A stretch of DNA of 64,000 nt from the human T2T-CHM13v2.0 reference genome, Homo sapiens: assembly GCF_009914755.1 (NCBI RefSeq), contig NC_060940.1. One strand, written 5' to 3'. A program made the translations under genes and the position numbers. Positions 1-22,035 of this stretch are shown one piece after another. Position 1 is the first letter of the stretch, and each line of letters starts with the position of its first letter. The notes below the pieces were generated by a model. The model did no database searches, was not told where the DNA came from, and saw only the letters and a program-made list of their open reading frames with translations.

Positions 1-303
1 ATGGTGATGGTGATGATGAGGACTCACAGGCCATAATGCCTCATGGTGTTAGCCAATTATTGTATCCTCTACTGAAAAAACAGCCATTGGAAGAAGGGAC
101 AGAGCAGGCTTTCTGCCTGGGCCAGTGTGGCCTACAGAGATGCTCCAAAACAACTGGTGATTAACTAGCACCACTGGGTCCCCCAATTTGAGAATAAGGG
201 AGCAGCAATGACTGAGGAAAAGCCAAGTGCGCTCAACATGGCAGGGGCAGGAAAGCAGACGGGCCCAGCACCGCCTGGATTCTTAACAGCTTGCTCAATC
301 TAG

Positions 304-786
<483 letters not shown>

Positions 787-1499
787 TAAACCTACTGACT
801 TGAACCCCAAATACACTCAAATGTTAGTTTTAAACTTAAGCATACCTTGCAGAATTGTCAAAGAAACACTCAGTGAACCTATTTAAATCAGAATTTGACG
901 TATATTTCCTGAGGTTCTAAAATACAATGAAGCAAAACACAAAAACTTTCAAACCTGAACTGATCCTCATTCTCTCCTAAGTCCTTATTTCCTTGTCTAG
1001 TTATGCCTAGGGAACAATCTGTTGGATTCACTTCAGGAAGATATCAGGAGAAGACAAGAGCAGAGCCATTTGCTTTTCTCTTTCTCCCACTTCACGCAAA
1101 TGAAAACTGATGGCAGAAGGTTGCAGAAAGAGAAGCCCAAAGCATTCTGAGGCACAAAGTGAGTTTTCATTTTGGGAAGAGGAGTGTGCCCAAGGCCTTG
1201 GGCAGCTGAAGTCAATGGTGTTTATCTTTGTGCAATTCTGAACTTAAACCCAATAAATGAAGTACATGAAAAGCACCATAGGAATTAAACATTGTATGGT
1301 TCAAATTTCTTCGCTTCAGGCTCACTGTATAAATACAGGCAGTTTTTTTTTGTTTTTGTTTTTTGTTTTGTTTTTTACTGGAGCTGCCACAATTCCACTG
1401 AAATGTGGAGAAAATCATTCTAAAGTTCTAAAATCATTCTAAGTTGCTGAAGTTCAAAAAAAGTTATATTTTGAAAACAGATGAAATTATATACTATAC

Positions 1500-1550
1500 C
1501 AAGATTTTGATGTAATTCACTTTCTTCAAACTTTCCTGCAACCATTGACT
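1500..1550 (-). pseudogene. PDXDC2P: Exon 13 (51 nt, SQWLQESLKKVNYIKIL)
   Basis: tttgcag|AGTCAA...ATCTTG|gtatag. Confidence 0.92.
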
Positions 1551-1959
1551 CTGCAAATGACAAAAAATAACACATGTAATTAGACGGACATGGGATATGA
1601 AGAAGTGGTTTTCACCAGGGGCTGTGGAGGTCTGTGAACACGGATGTCAGGCAAAGTCACCTGCCACTTGGTGGTTTCTAAGTTCAGCCACCTGTTTTTG
1701 TATTTCAACATCTGGAAATATTCACCAATCTTTCATTTAAAAGTTACATGTAGTAATTCAAGAAAAGCAGTTTCTAATAAGACACGGAAATCTGTTGTAT
1801 TTGCAATGTAAGTCTGTCTTTCATTCAAAAGCTACTGAGTATAAACACGTGCAAGGCACAGTACCGAACACTAGGGGAGACCAACGACAAATGACAGGAT
1901 GCAGCACGCTCAAGAGCTGGTGATAAGAGCACAGTACTGCCACTCATCACCTGCAGGAC

Positions 1960-2125
1960 CACGGATAAGTCACTTCATCTGCCAGTCACCAGCTATGTAA
2001 CCTGTCTATGCTTCAGTTCCCTCAATTATAAAACAGGGAGGACAGTATGTATCTCACATTGCTGTGAGGAGTAAATGAGTTGATATGCAATACAAGAAGT
2101 GCTTAGCAACAGGGTCTAGAATGTA
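1960..2125 (+). mobile_element. MIR fragment (others at about 5490-5700, 19700-19845, 31400-31530, 53550-53690)
   Basis: CTTCAGTTCCCTCAATTATAAAACAGGGAGG...GTGAGGAGTAAATGAG MIR core. Confidence 0.65.
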
Positions 2126-2857
2126 GTGTCATTAGACTAATGTCTCAATCCCAGGTCCCTCATCACTAATCATATCTAACTCATGGGATTGGAGTATATT
2201 AATTCAACAGATATTCACTGAGTACTGGACAGTAGAAAGCCCCTCAAGAAATTCCTTTTTTTTTCCTTAAAGAAAATTAATTCTGAATACACTGTCATCA
2301 GTGGAACTGACATTCTAGTGAAGTTGCAGGGATCAAATGAGATGATGCATGAAAGTACTCATGGTGCCTGACACTGAGGTGAATGCTCAATAACTACTGA
2401 AGACGAGAAAGGAGAGAGGGAGAAGAGAAGGAAGAGGAGGAGGAGGAGGCGAATGCTGATTTACGCTCTCAGGAAATGTATGCTCCACTGTGGACTATAA
2501 GGCATGGCTATATACAGATCACCATGTCTGCTAAATGTCCATGCAGTTTAACACATGCATTGATTAGCCTTTGAGTCAGCAGTAGGACAGCATTCAAATC
2601 CTCAGGAGTATACGGTTCTGCCTGCAGGAAGATGCCAGAGCTGTGCTGACCTCAAGGGTCTGGTAGTTAATGGCATCATTCTCCTGCACTCCATAGCCAC
2701 AGGAAATTGAAAAAATCTCCCGAGTGCCCAAGCCATCTCTAAACTAAGTTACTAAGGCTTCTCTTTCCTAAGAACCACATCTCAAGAAATGAGCTAATAG
2801 CACAGTGAGACACTTTTCAAAAAATGCAGTGCTTTTGTAAACATAATGAGCATCAAA

Positions 2858-4440
<1,583 letters not shown>

Positions 4441-4459
4441 TGTTTTTTTGCTTTCTAAA

Positions 4460-4802
4460 TGCTATGATCTGAATATTTATGTCCCCGCAAAACTCCTATG
4501 TGGAAACCTAATCCCAAATGAGTTGAGGCCTTTGGGAGGTGATTAGGGCATGAGGATGGAACCCTCACAAACAGGATTAGTGACCTTCTGAAAGAGGCTC
4601 AAGGGACTGTGCTCACCCCTTCTGCCATGTGAGGCCACATGCAAGGTACTATCTATGAGGACGGGCCCTCACCAGACATGGAATCTCCTGGCACCTTGAT
4701 CTGAGACTTCTCACGTCCAGAACTGTAAGCAATAAATGTCTGTTGTTTATAAATTACCCACTCTAAGGTATTTTGTTATAGAAGGCTGAATGCTCTAAAA
4801 CA
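4460..4802 (+). mobile_element. MaLR solo LTR, MLT1A-like
   Basis: TGCTATG...AATAAATGTCTGTTGTTTATAAATTACCCA...CA layout typical of MLT1A/MLT1A0. Confidence 0.8.
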
Positions 4803-5310
4803 CTGAAATATAGCATAATTATATATTTTTCACAATTAGAACACACCTAAAATGGAGAGAGAATTAGAATTGTCCCCAAGAGCCCTGCAATTTGGAAACC
4901 CAAGCCAGCTGGTTTTTAAAATATCCATGCCCTCCATAACCACCCTGTGACCTTCCTGTTCCCTCACCGTAGTCAGTCAATCAAGGGGAACACTCGCTCC
5001 CCACCCCTCCATCTTTTGCACACTTCTCCACTCCTTGGAAGTCATCTGTGACTTCTTTTCTGATCCCATGCTGACAGTGGTGTTCCTTTTCATCTGATTT
5101 CATCTGCACACAAATGCTGGGACAGACAACCCAGCACTTTCTCCCAGAACTTTGAACAAGAAATATTTACATGCAGGGCGATTAGTCTCTGGCTCATGAG
5201 ACAGTCAATCCAGACAACAACACTCTTGATGGAAGGTACAGAAATGAGATGTTTTTCTGTCTCTGCTGTGGCCAAGGAGTCTTTCATTTAAATGTCAGGC
5301 TTCTACTCAC

Positions 5311-5436
5311 CAGTTGACAGGCATGCTTGATCCTCTCCACAAACCCATCAAGTCCCAAGTATTGTAAAGATAACCACAGAGGCAGGGCACGGAGTTTGTC
5401 TGTGGGCTTATTTGATATAAGACCAGCAACTAAAGT
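5311..5436 (-). pseudogene. PDXDC2P: Exon 12 (126 nt, TLVAGLISNKPTDKLRALPLWLSLQYLGLDGFVERIKHACQL)
   Basis: ttttttag|ACTTTA...CAACTG|gtgagt. Confidence 0.93.
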
Positions 5437-5859
5437 CTAAAAAAGCCAAAAGAGGTTTATTAATCAAAGCCATTGCAATCTCATAATAGAACTAACCAGC
5501 TACCATTTGCTACCCACTTAGTGTGGGCTAGATGCCATACTAGTCACTAGGCTTGCATTATCCATGTGATCTTCCAACAACTCTGTGAGCTAAGTATTCT
5601 AGGTAACTTCACTCAGAGACCTCGGTTTGTCCAAGGGTTCACAGCTCAGGAGTGGCAAAGCCAGGAAAAGCCAGTGGAAAACCCAGATGGGTCACATCCC
5701 AGAACCTAGGAGACTCCCCACTTCGAAGGTAGCTCTGAGCATCCTCAAACACCTGGCCATTATTAACTGAGCAAGACAGCATTGTTTTAGCAGAAATCAC
5801 TTAAACCTTATTTTGCACGCTGACCTATATTATCAAGAACCACATTATTATTAATTTTT

Positions 5860-6498
<639 letters not shown>

Positions 6499-6865
6499 CT
6501 ATTGGACAATGTGGATCAGGAGGCTTAAAACTCCCCCACTCAGTCATTCCACATCTGGGAACCTATTCTAAGGAAATAATTAGAAACACAGAAAGACGTT
6601 CACTGCTTCATTATTTCAGTAACAAAACACTGAAAACATCCTATAAGTTCATAAATGGAGAATAATTAAATTGTGACAGAATATTATACAATCATAAAAT
6701 GTCATTAAAAAAAGTCTCACCTTACAAGTTTCTCTTTAAAAAAATGAAATAGAAGTGAAATTATGGGTATTTTTCACTTTTTCCTGTATTTTTCTGGATT
6801 TTGCCCCCAAAGCCAATAATGTGTATTAGCCACACCCACTCCCTCCGCAGTGAGGGGAAACTTAC

Positions 6866-6964
6866 CAAGGCAGGGTCGTGTTTATACAGTGTCACCGCAG
6901 GAACAGCTGGCAAACCCAGCCACGGGCCAGGAGTCATCGTCATGCTATCACATTTGGCTGCAGC
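6866..6964 (-). pseudogene. PDXDC2P: Exon 11 (99 nt, AAAKCDSMTMTPGPWLGLPAVPAVTLYKHDPAL)
   Basis: ttggtag|GCTGCA...GCCTTG|gtaagt; overlaps ORF 6761..6943. Confidence 0.93.
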
Positions 6965-7116
6965 CTACCAAAACAAGAACAACTCTTTGTTAGATTATCA
7001 GAATACACAAACCTAACACCCTCCTCCATTCATAAAAACTGTGAAGAGCCAGGAGGGATTGAGTGATTTTAAATTCATTCTTAAAAACACCAATATTCAG
7101 TAAATCAACAACATAC

Positions 7117-7165
7117 CAGCACTGATGAGGAGACATAACCCAGAGCCAATGTTGCCAGATTCACA
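7117..7165 (-). pseudogene. PDXDC2P: Exon 10 (49 nt, VNLATLALGYVSSSVL)
   Basis: cttccag|TGTGAAT...GTGCTG|gtatgt. Confidence 0.92.
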
Positions 7166-7480
7166 CTGGAAGAAAAAACACCAGTCTAAGAACTAATTAT
7201 TTAATGTTGCTTACTCACCATGTACTTAAAAAAATAAAGGCTGTGCTGTTGCAAGTTGACACTTAAGTATATTTTTAATGTTATTAGCTTTCATAACAGC
7301 AACAGAAGGTGTGCTTTATACATATGAAGGAAAATCCTGAAAATGCACTTTAATAAAAGTGTGTCTCAGGAACTATCCCCGCTCATTTAATATAATGGGA
7401 GTATTATTCTCTTTCATGGATCTTATTTTCCAGTTTTATCATTCTTTACTTAGGGATCAAAAAGAAACCTCCCTGTATGA

Positions 7481-7985
7481 TGTGGTGGATATGGGCTACT
7501 CTGGCTGCCCACGTCCGTTCCCCCTGCTTCTCTTAATGGCCCGACAATAGCCTTCCGGGGCGCCACCTCCATTTCTTCCAGCAGAACATGAGCTTTGTGG
7601 GGAGGAGACACCACTATCTGCTCCAGAGGAGGGCAAAGAACCTGAACTATCAGAGGATTACTTCTCCCTGGCCACAGTGGCTGGTTCAATATGAGACTTC
7701 TGTTAGGACTTCCAGCTGACCACGAAGCTGGAAAGAAGGATGGAGTTTCTGCAGCTACTTTGCACTGTAACAGGAAGATCTGTCCACAGGTAGAGGAAAC
7801 CAAGCCCAGTGCCTGTGACTGGGGGAGCAGAGGTGGGAGTAACACACTGGATCCTGGTTGATGTTGTGCCTGAGGCAGTCATAACACTGCTCTTTGTAGT
7901 TATGTGAGCCAGTAAGATCTCTTTGGGCTTAAGCCAATTTGGGTTATTTTGTGATCTGTGACCCGAAGAGCCCTTCGTGATAAAT
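7481..7985 (+). mobile_element. Old MaLR LTR, MLT1K/L-like
   Basis: Motifs CCCTGGCCACAGTGGCTGGTTCA and GCTTAAGCCAATTTGGGTT resemble old MLT1 consensuses. Confidence 0.55.
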
Positions 7986-8072
7986 GTCACCAAAGTGAGA
8001 GCCTGGATGTCCAGTCCTCATGAGGACTCTGTGCAGGCCCGAATGGAGCCACCAGCCTCACCGCCGGCTTAC

Positions 8073-8157
8073 CCCTCCACATGAAGCCATATGCCATACT
8101 GCTCACAGAGTTCTTTCAATCTCCCAATCTTGTCTGTGTGTCCTACTGCTGCCGTTC
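8073..8157 (-). pseudogene. PDXDC2P: Exon 9 (85 nt, GTAAVGHTDKIGRLKELCEQYGIWLHVEG)
   Basis: atcctag|GAACGG...GAGGG|gtaagc; group II decarboxylase-like WLHV[DE] motif. Confidence 0.93.
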
Positions 8158-8554
8158 CTAGGATAAAACAAATCAGGGCATTAAAAGGAACAAATGTTTT
8201 CTAAGGCTTTATACCTTAAACACTTTTATACACATTATCGCCCTAGGAGGGAAGTGACTTATTATATCCCTATTTTATTGAGATTTTCTTTGTGGAAGGA
8301 CTTAAAATCAGTGTTTGTGAGTTGACTTATTACAAGCTTTGAAGAGTATGTAATCTCTATTACATGTATCTAATTATGTCATTGAAATCTTTTATATACT
8401 TATTTTCTATCTACTTGATCTGCTGACTCATGAGAAATATATTCAAATCTCCCACCAAGATTGTGGTTTGTCAATATATACTTGTGTTACATCAGACTTT
8501 TCCTTTAGCTTTCCTTTATATATTTTAAAGTTATGTTCACAAGCATTCATAACT

Positions 8555-13620
<5,066 letters not shown>

Positions 13621-13790
13621 AGCAAGTGGTAGTTGCTCTGCCGCCTATAAGGTAGATATTTAAGTGTGACATTTTATGAATTTTCTTGTTTAATTTTTAC
13701 AACAATCTTACAATGTCAGTACAATTATTTTTATTTATTGAGATGGGGTCTTGCTATGTTACCCAGGCTGGTATTGAACTTCTGGGCTTA

Positions 13791-14009
<219 letters not shown>

Positions 14010-14052
14010 TTAGCCAGATGTGGTGGCACGCAGCTGTAATCCCAGCAATTCA

Positions 14053-14181
<129 letters not shown>

Positions 14182-14467
14182 TTAGAACAGGGAAAAGAAG
14201 TACATGAAGGAGAAGATAGAGAAGCATTTACAATCTAAATGAAAAAGTATACACACACATAAAATAACTTCCAAAACAAACCAACGATTAAAGAAAAATC
14301 TAACGAGCCAACCTTACTATTACAGTTTTTGCTACAATGTGGACATGGACTATCTTAATTAAACATGTGGTACACACACATTTCTTAAGACTTTATCTTT
14401 TATAGGCTGAGGATGTAGCCTCGCTCCTATATATTCAAAATGGTAGATTCAGCATCATGCTACCTAC

Positions 14468-14546
14468 CTGCATTTGCGACAAGCAACAGGGGCAGTCTTC
14501 CTCGCTCTATATCATCTTTAATCAGTTTCTCCAGGAAGGCAACATC
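14468..14546 (-). pseudogene. PDXDC2P: Exon 8 (79 nt, DVAFLEKLIKDDIERGRLPLLLVANAG)
   Basis: gttccag|GATGTT...GCAG|gtagg. Confidence 0.93.
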
Positions 14547-15379
14547 CTGGAACCAAAACAAATCATTAAAAAATGAGGTGCCTAGTATAAAAGCTATAAA
14601 ATGAAAAATTATGACTTGCAAAAGAAGCAGATAACTCTCAAAAGTAATGTCAAATCAATTCTTACTCTTGACAATTTTTCTGTTTTCTCTCATCATAGAT
14701 GTGAAAATCAAATAGTTTTCCTTGAAGACTAGAAAAATCAGTTAAACAAGATTAAAGGTAAAAACTGTACATATGCAGGAACATTTCTTTGATTTTAAAC
14801 ATTTACATTTAAATGAAATGTTCTCTTAACTCTCCTAAAACAGCCATGAATGTATCTCTACTATTACTCACTGATGTACCTGAACTAGAAAATAAAACTA
14901 CCTTGACAAAAGAAATAAAAAACTCTAAAATCCATCCCTTCCTTTTCCTTCTGGAATCATTAAGGAGAGATTTATCACCTGCATGTCTGAAATTAAGCAG
15001 AACTCAATTCCACGATGACAATGAAGAACCTCATTTTCAAAATCTGCCCATTCATAAATCCAGGCAACAGTGCTAACTCATTAAAAGTAGGAGCTTCAGA
15101 AGAAATTTCTGGTGCTTAATTGAGCTGCCATGTTTCTACTTAAAGCAGGCGATACAGTAATTACAAGACTCCTTAAAAGCCAGGTGCTCCTGACCTATAT
15201 ACCAACCAACCTTCATGGACATTCACATATTAACAGAAGCATATATTACACAATGCAAGGGTCCAAGCAATACATCAGTAAGTTACTAATTATCTGGAGG
15301 CCAGCAAAAAGAACTTCACTTGAAAGGCAGTTTCCAAACACAATCCCACATGATTTTACAAACCAAAAGTAGAACTCAC

Positions 15380-15448
15380 CATCTGATGCTGGGATCCAAA
15401 CATAGTGTTACAGGGTACACGGCACAAGCAGGGGAAGGGCAAGCCGAG
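15380..15448 (-). pseudogene. PDXDC2P: Exon 7 (69 nt, LGLPFPCLCRVPCNTMFGSQHQM)
   Basis: cctgcag|CTCGGC...CAGATG|gtgagt. Confidence 0.93.
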
Positions 15449-16753
15449 CTGCAGGAAGAAACATACGACTTGACAAGAAAGCTCTCTGCACCATTCACTT
15501 CAGATTGTGAAAGGCTGTGGCTCTAAGACAAGCCACGATTATTCTTCTAAGAAATCTCTCTCCTTAGGAACTCTTAATATTATAAATTGATGTTAAAGTA
15601 CATTTAGAAAGCCAAGCCGAAAAAAAAAAAGGGTGAATTTCCAAGTGCCTTATAAGAGGATATAATGTAAAATTTTCTAAATGATTCAAGTAATTATCTT
15701 TGGTATATTCTAGAATATACCAGAAACACTTTGACAAACACAGAAACAATTGGGTCGTGAGCATTTTAGTGGGGGTAATTTTGGATTCTTTCTCCAAGCA
15801 TTACTGGTAAATAACACCAGCTAAAGGCATTCAAAGAACAGTATCTTATTTATGGGTTCACCCACCCCTAAAAAGTAATAAATATGGATTAGCAGATGCA
15901 CATTTCTCAAGAGAAGTGAAGTCAGTGTTATGCACAGAGACAGTGATTGTCAACTTAATTTTATATTCTTCATGTTTAGCCTCCAAGTCCTTGAGGAGTT
16001 TACAGTTTTAGGAATTGTAAACAGTTGCAGCATATTGTTCTGTATGACTAAGACTTGGTAGCATTCAGAGACCAAAAATTTAATAAGCACATTTTCTCCT
16101 TAAAGGATTAAAAATTATGAACGTGACACCCAAGTAAAACAAATCCTCAAAAAAAAATACAGGTATTAGAAGTGAAAATGCCTAGCCCCCTACCCTATAA
16201 GCCACCAATCCACCCCGTTAACAGTTTAATACATAACCTTTCAGATATTTTCTAGGTATAAATTTACGTATTTTTCTAGGTACAAAAACATAGGTATAAA
16301 GGATACACACACTTTAAAAAATGTGAACATAACCATCTTATATATGCTGCTCTGCCTGCTGCCATTCCCAACAGAACACTCTTACACATCTTTTGAAGGT
16401 TAGACTGTTGTCCCCAAACAGCCTTGTGTCCGCAAGAGCCTGGCATGCAGTAGACACTAAGTAATTCATTTCACGTTTCAGAGGATTATTATTAAACTCC
16501 CCATTTTGTACACCCCTCAAGAAGAGGACATAATTTCTTAACACCAGTGATCACAGCTCAGAATCAATTTAAAAGTCACTAAGTGTCTCCCATACATCCC
16601 CCTGGGACTCCTACAGCTTACAAAAGAGGAATCCTCCAACCCTACGGTTTTGCTTTTAAACGTTCTTGGCAAAGACGGTTAACAGTGTCTTATCTCGATG
16701 TAGTCCTCCCAGTTGGGCTAGAAGCACCATGAACTTTAAAAATAGTCATGCTC

Positions 16754-17078
<325 letters not shown>

Positions 17079-17651
17079 TCATGCTCTTTGATCCAGCAAT
17101 TCTAGACTGACTCTGAAAATCCATCTGAGGACCATAACCCTAAATAAAATACAGGAAGAGCTTTATGCACAGAGAAGTCCTTAACAGCACTACACAAAGA
17201 ACATTACGTGAAAATGGTCACAGAAAGCAAGAGAATGCAAACACTCTTAGTTGTCCAAAAAGGCAACAGTTAATTACTATATATTCACTTGAAGAAATAC
17301 CATGAAGGCATTAAAAATAAACTATACGTTGAAAAATTATTATTAAAATGATATATTCCTGTTTTAACAGTAAGTGAAAAGAGCCAGATACAACCATATA
17401 AACACAAACACACCCCCTTCGATTAAAGTCTGGGAAAAAAGAGAAAATGTTGACTGTGGATGCCCTTGGGTAATCTATCACATATTCCTTATTTCTAAAT
17501 TCAGTAATTTTTACAAATATGACAAAAGCATATAAGACCATCTTTCTTTTCACTCAACAAGAACAGCAACTAGACAAACGGGTCAACTTTAAAACTTTCA
17601 GAACAAAATAAAACATTATTTCTTTAAAATAGCCACCTGATACCACATTAC

Positions 17652-17841
17652 CTGATTACAAAGCTATTGGCCCAGGCCAGGTCTAGCAGCAGCACTAAGA
17701 TATATGACAGGCTTCTTGTTATATAACCCACTGAAGCCATCCACTACGAAGTCTTCATATTGAGAATGAATGGCAAGCCTACATATCTTTGCAAGTCCTT
17801 CTCTTTCCTCTTCGTGGAAATAAGCACACCCATTTTCATAT
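17652..17841 (-). pseudogene. PDXDC2P: Exon 6 (190 nt, YENGCAYF...ARPGLGQ*LCNQ) with premature TAG
   Basis: ttaacag|ATATGAA...GGC CAA TAG CTT TGT AAT CAG|gtaatg. Confidence 0.93.
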
Positions 17842-18186
17842 CTGTTAAGAGATACATATTAATATGCTCTTATTTCTAGTTAAGGATTGTATAAGTCAAC
17901 CTTACAATCATGGAGACAATTCTTTTCTCAAGCTAGGAATTGTCACTTTTATCAGGCAGAGAGGACAGGAATGTGAAACATCCTCATCATAGATGGCTGA
18001 CACCTCATTACAGCTGAGGTTACCAAGCAGCGAGACAATAACCCTCCATCCATACCCAATTCCATAAAGAGCAGAAACTATGAAAACAAGTAGAGACCAG
18101 GAATTCTCAGATATAAAAAGCCTGAAGATCATGGTTCTAGCTTATTATGAACTAAGGCCAGCACTGGATAACACAGGCATAGTTCA

Positions 18187-18584
<398 letters not shown>

Positions 18585-18911
18585 CTAGAGGAGGAGGGAC
18601 AATTTCAATTACAGGCAATAGATTTTTACTAGAACAACAGAACACTGCTCCTTTAATAAAGTTGGGCAAACTTATACTCCTGCTTGGCCAAGTTCTTTCC
18701 CAACACTGAAAGTGAGGGTCTCTCAAGATAAATGTCTCAAGTTAGGCAAACATTCCTTCTCCATAAAAGTAACAGCATAAACCCAATGCCACTAGTCCTA
18801 TGTCTCCTACTGAATCCTTCATCTGTTGTAATTCCTTAGTACTGCCAGGATTATCACAGAATAAAACAAATTTCAGTTTCATAGCACATATTCATCTTCC
18901 TTATGACAGAG

Positions 18912-18944
<33 letters not shown>

Positions 18945-19217
18945 AGACAGAGTCTCGCTCTGTTGCCCAGGCTAGAGTGCAGTGCCTCAGCCTCCAGAGG
19001 AGCTGGGACTACAGGTGCTCACTACCACGCCCGGCTAATCTTTTTGTATTTTTAGTAGAGACAGGGTTTCACCATGTTAGCCAGAATGGTCTTGATCTCC
19101 TCACCTTGTGATCCGCCCACCTCAGCCTCCCAAAGTGCTGGGATTACAGGCGTGAGCCACCGCGCCTGGCCTCAGAGTTTTCTTTCTAATAAAACGCAAG
19201 CTAATATTTTCAAAGCA

Positions 19218-19575
19218 CAGCTGGCCCTCTGAACCTGTGGGTTCTGCATCTGTGGATTAAACCAAGCATGAGTAAAAAATCTTCAGAAATTTAAAAAGAT
19301 GGGTGCCTCTGTACTGAATATCTACAGACTTTTTTGCTTGTCATTATTCCCTAAACAATACAGTGTAACAACTATTTACACAGCATTTACATCGTATTAG
19401 GTATTATATGTAATCAAGAGATTAAAGTATATGGGAAGATGTGCCTCAGTTACATGAAAATACTGTGCTATTTTATATAAGGGATTTGAGCATCCATGAA
19501 TTTTTTTATCCATAGGGTGAGGATGGGAGGTCAAGAACCAATCCCCCAAGGACACCCAAGGATAAGGGACAACTG
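19218..19575 (-). mobile_element. MER2-like Tigger MITE
   Basis: CAG...CTG termini; internal CTTGTCATTATTCCCTAAACAATACAG matches the MER2 reverse complement. Confidence 0.8.
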
Positions 19576-19912
19576 TATTTGAATCTAGATCATTGCTCTA
19601 TCTTCTACTGACATGTGCCAATTAGATACCCCACAAATAAATAACTGCTGACCCTATCAAACACATATGTGCTTCTATTCTCCACCCTTCACATGCATTA
19701 GTCCATTAGCTCATTTAATCCTCACAACGCTTCTATGAAATAGGTATTAATACTATCCCCATCTAACAGATGATGAAACAGACATTGAGAGGTTAAACAC
19801 CCCTTTCAAGGAGAAGGAAATCTGAACCCAAGTAGTACAGCTCCAGAAAAAAGATCTTTCAGTCTATACCCGACTCATAAAAGTCTTCACTGGAAACTCA
19901 TCATGTCTTTAC

Positions 19913-20059
19913 CTGAAAATTCTGCATAGCCATAAGGTGGTATCTGAAAGTATCCTAGTTGTAAGTTTTCTCAGCTTCTCTTCGTCCAGAGTCAAAATAT
20001 AAGCTCCCAGACTATGTCCCAACACAGCCACATGACCTTGTTCTCCAATATTTTGGATT
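19913..20059 (-). pseudogene. PDXDC2P: Exon 5 (147 nt, IQNIGEQGHVAVLGHSLGAYILTLDEEKLRKLTTRILSDTTLWLCRIFR)
   Basis: ttaacag|AATCCAA...TTCAG|gtaaag. Confidence 0.93.
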
Positions 20060-20263
20060 CTGTTAAGCAAAATTAAAGTATTAGAGTCAAACCATAAAAA
20101 AGGACATAGAACTTAGAGACACAGAATTCCACAGAAATATCTGTCAGACTCGAAATCTACTTAATGGCCCAGAAGGCAAATCAATGCATAAACAGTAGTG
20201 ATAGTTTGGTGAGAAGTTTTTCTATTTTTTGAGACGGAGAAAAAATATATATATTTTTTCTGA

Positions 20264-20428
<165 letters not shown>

Positions 20429-21199
20429 TGAGACGGGGTTTCACCATGTTGGCCAGGCTGCTCTTGAACTCCTGACTTCAGGTGATTCACCTGCCTCGGC
20501 CTCCCAAAGTGCTGGGATTACAGGCATGAGCCACCACTCCTGGCCAGAAAAATATTTTTATAATTTGAGTTCCAGGAGATAAATAGCCCTTTTTAAATTG
20601 AGTACCTACAAACTGTTTTAAAATAATTTCCTATTAAAGTATTTTAAAAATTAAATACCAGCCTTAAGAATTGTGGAGGGTAGAGCTAAGGTAAAATGAG
20701 CTGAAAGCATTTTTTAAAGAAATCCTGGCCAGGCGCAGTGGCTCATGCCTGTAATCCCAGCACTTTGGGAGGCCGAGGCGGGCGGATCACGAGGTCAGGA
20801 GATTGAGACCATCCTGGCTAACATGGTGAAACCCCATCTCTACTAAAAATACAAAAAATTAGCTGGGCCTGGTGGTGAGCACCTGTAATCCCAGCTACTC
20901 AGGAGGCTGAGGCAGGAGAATGGAGTGAACCCGGGAGGCGGAGCTTGAAGTGAGCCGAAATGGCACCACTGCACTCCAGCCTGGGCAACAGAGTAAGACT
21001 CCATCTCAAAAAAAAAAAAAAAAAAAAGAATTAAATCTCAGGTCTATGCATCAAATAAGAATTATTTATTGCAATAATACAGCAAATTCATGGGGGACTA
21101 GGTATTATTTTATATATAATTAAAATTGATTATATAAAATGTTTTATATAGAATTAAAACTAATTTCCCTTATAAAGAATAACTGTAAAAAAGAAGGAA

Positions 21200-22035
21200 T
21201 AAGTTTAAAATTGTTAACTGTGAATAATAAGAAAAAGACAAATAACCTAATAGGATCATGGGCAACAGACAGTTCCTAGAAATATAAATGGGTCTTAAAA
21301 CATACAAAAAGACACGTCACTTGGTTCATAATTTAAAAAACCTGCAAATTCGAATTATGCTGAAACACCATTTCTCACTTATCAGATTTCTCATCAGAAT
21401 ATCACTTATCAATGATCCTTCAGTCTGATAACGACTTTGCAGGTGAAAAGTGTGGAAATAAAGTACTCTCATACATTGCTGGTGGGACTGCTAAATGCCG
21501 CAACTCCATGGAGGGAAATTTGGCAGGATCTATCAAAATTACAAAAGCACACACTGTCTGAGACAGCAACTCCACTTTCAGGACTTTGTCCTCCAGACAC
21601 CTGCTTCTATGAGAAGTGACACATGTCGAAAGTTGTTTGCTGCAGCAATGTTTGTAACAGTGCAGCATGACAGGGGACCAATAAAATAAAATATGGTTCA
21701 TCTGTTCAAAGTAAAACACATAGCTCTGACAAAGGAGAAAGTTCCTGTGCATTAATATGCAGTGAACTCCAAGACATAAGTGAAAAAATGCAAGATGCAC
21801 AGCATATGCGTAGTAATTATGTATTAGAGAGGGTGGGCATAGACATTTTGCTGGTGTATAATACATATAAAATCTCTCTGGAAGAATACACAAGAAACTG
21901 GTAATGTCTGTCTCTAGAGAAGAAAACACGGTAGGGAGATAGAGGTAGGAAGGAAAATTCCCTTTGTATATCGTTTTTTATTGTCTGAATTTTGAACCAA
22001 GAGAACAATTTTACTTATTTCAAAACATTAAATTT
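21200..22035 (+). mobile_element. Old L1M (L1ME-like) 3' fragment
   Basis: TACTCTCATACATTGCTGGTGGGACTG..CAGCAACTCCACTT..CAGCAATGTTTGTAACAG, L1 ORF2 end/3'UTR-like. Confidence 0.65.

Noticed and set aside
7450-7993. 131-aa and 96-aa minus-strand ORFs between exons 9 and 10
   Set aside because: They overlap an MLT1-like LTR, and exons 9 and 10 already join in phase.
21420-21929. 169-aa minus-strand ORF
   Set aside because: Antisense reading of an old L1M fragment; no splice or homology support.
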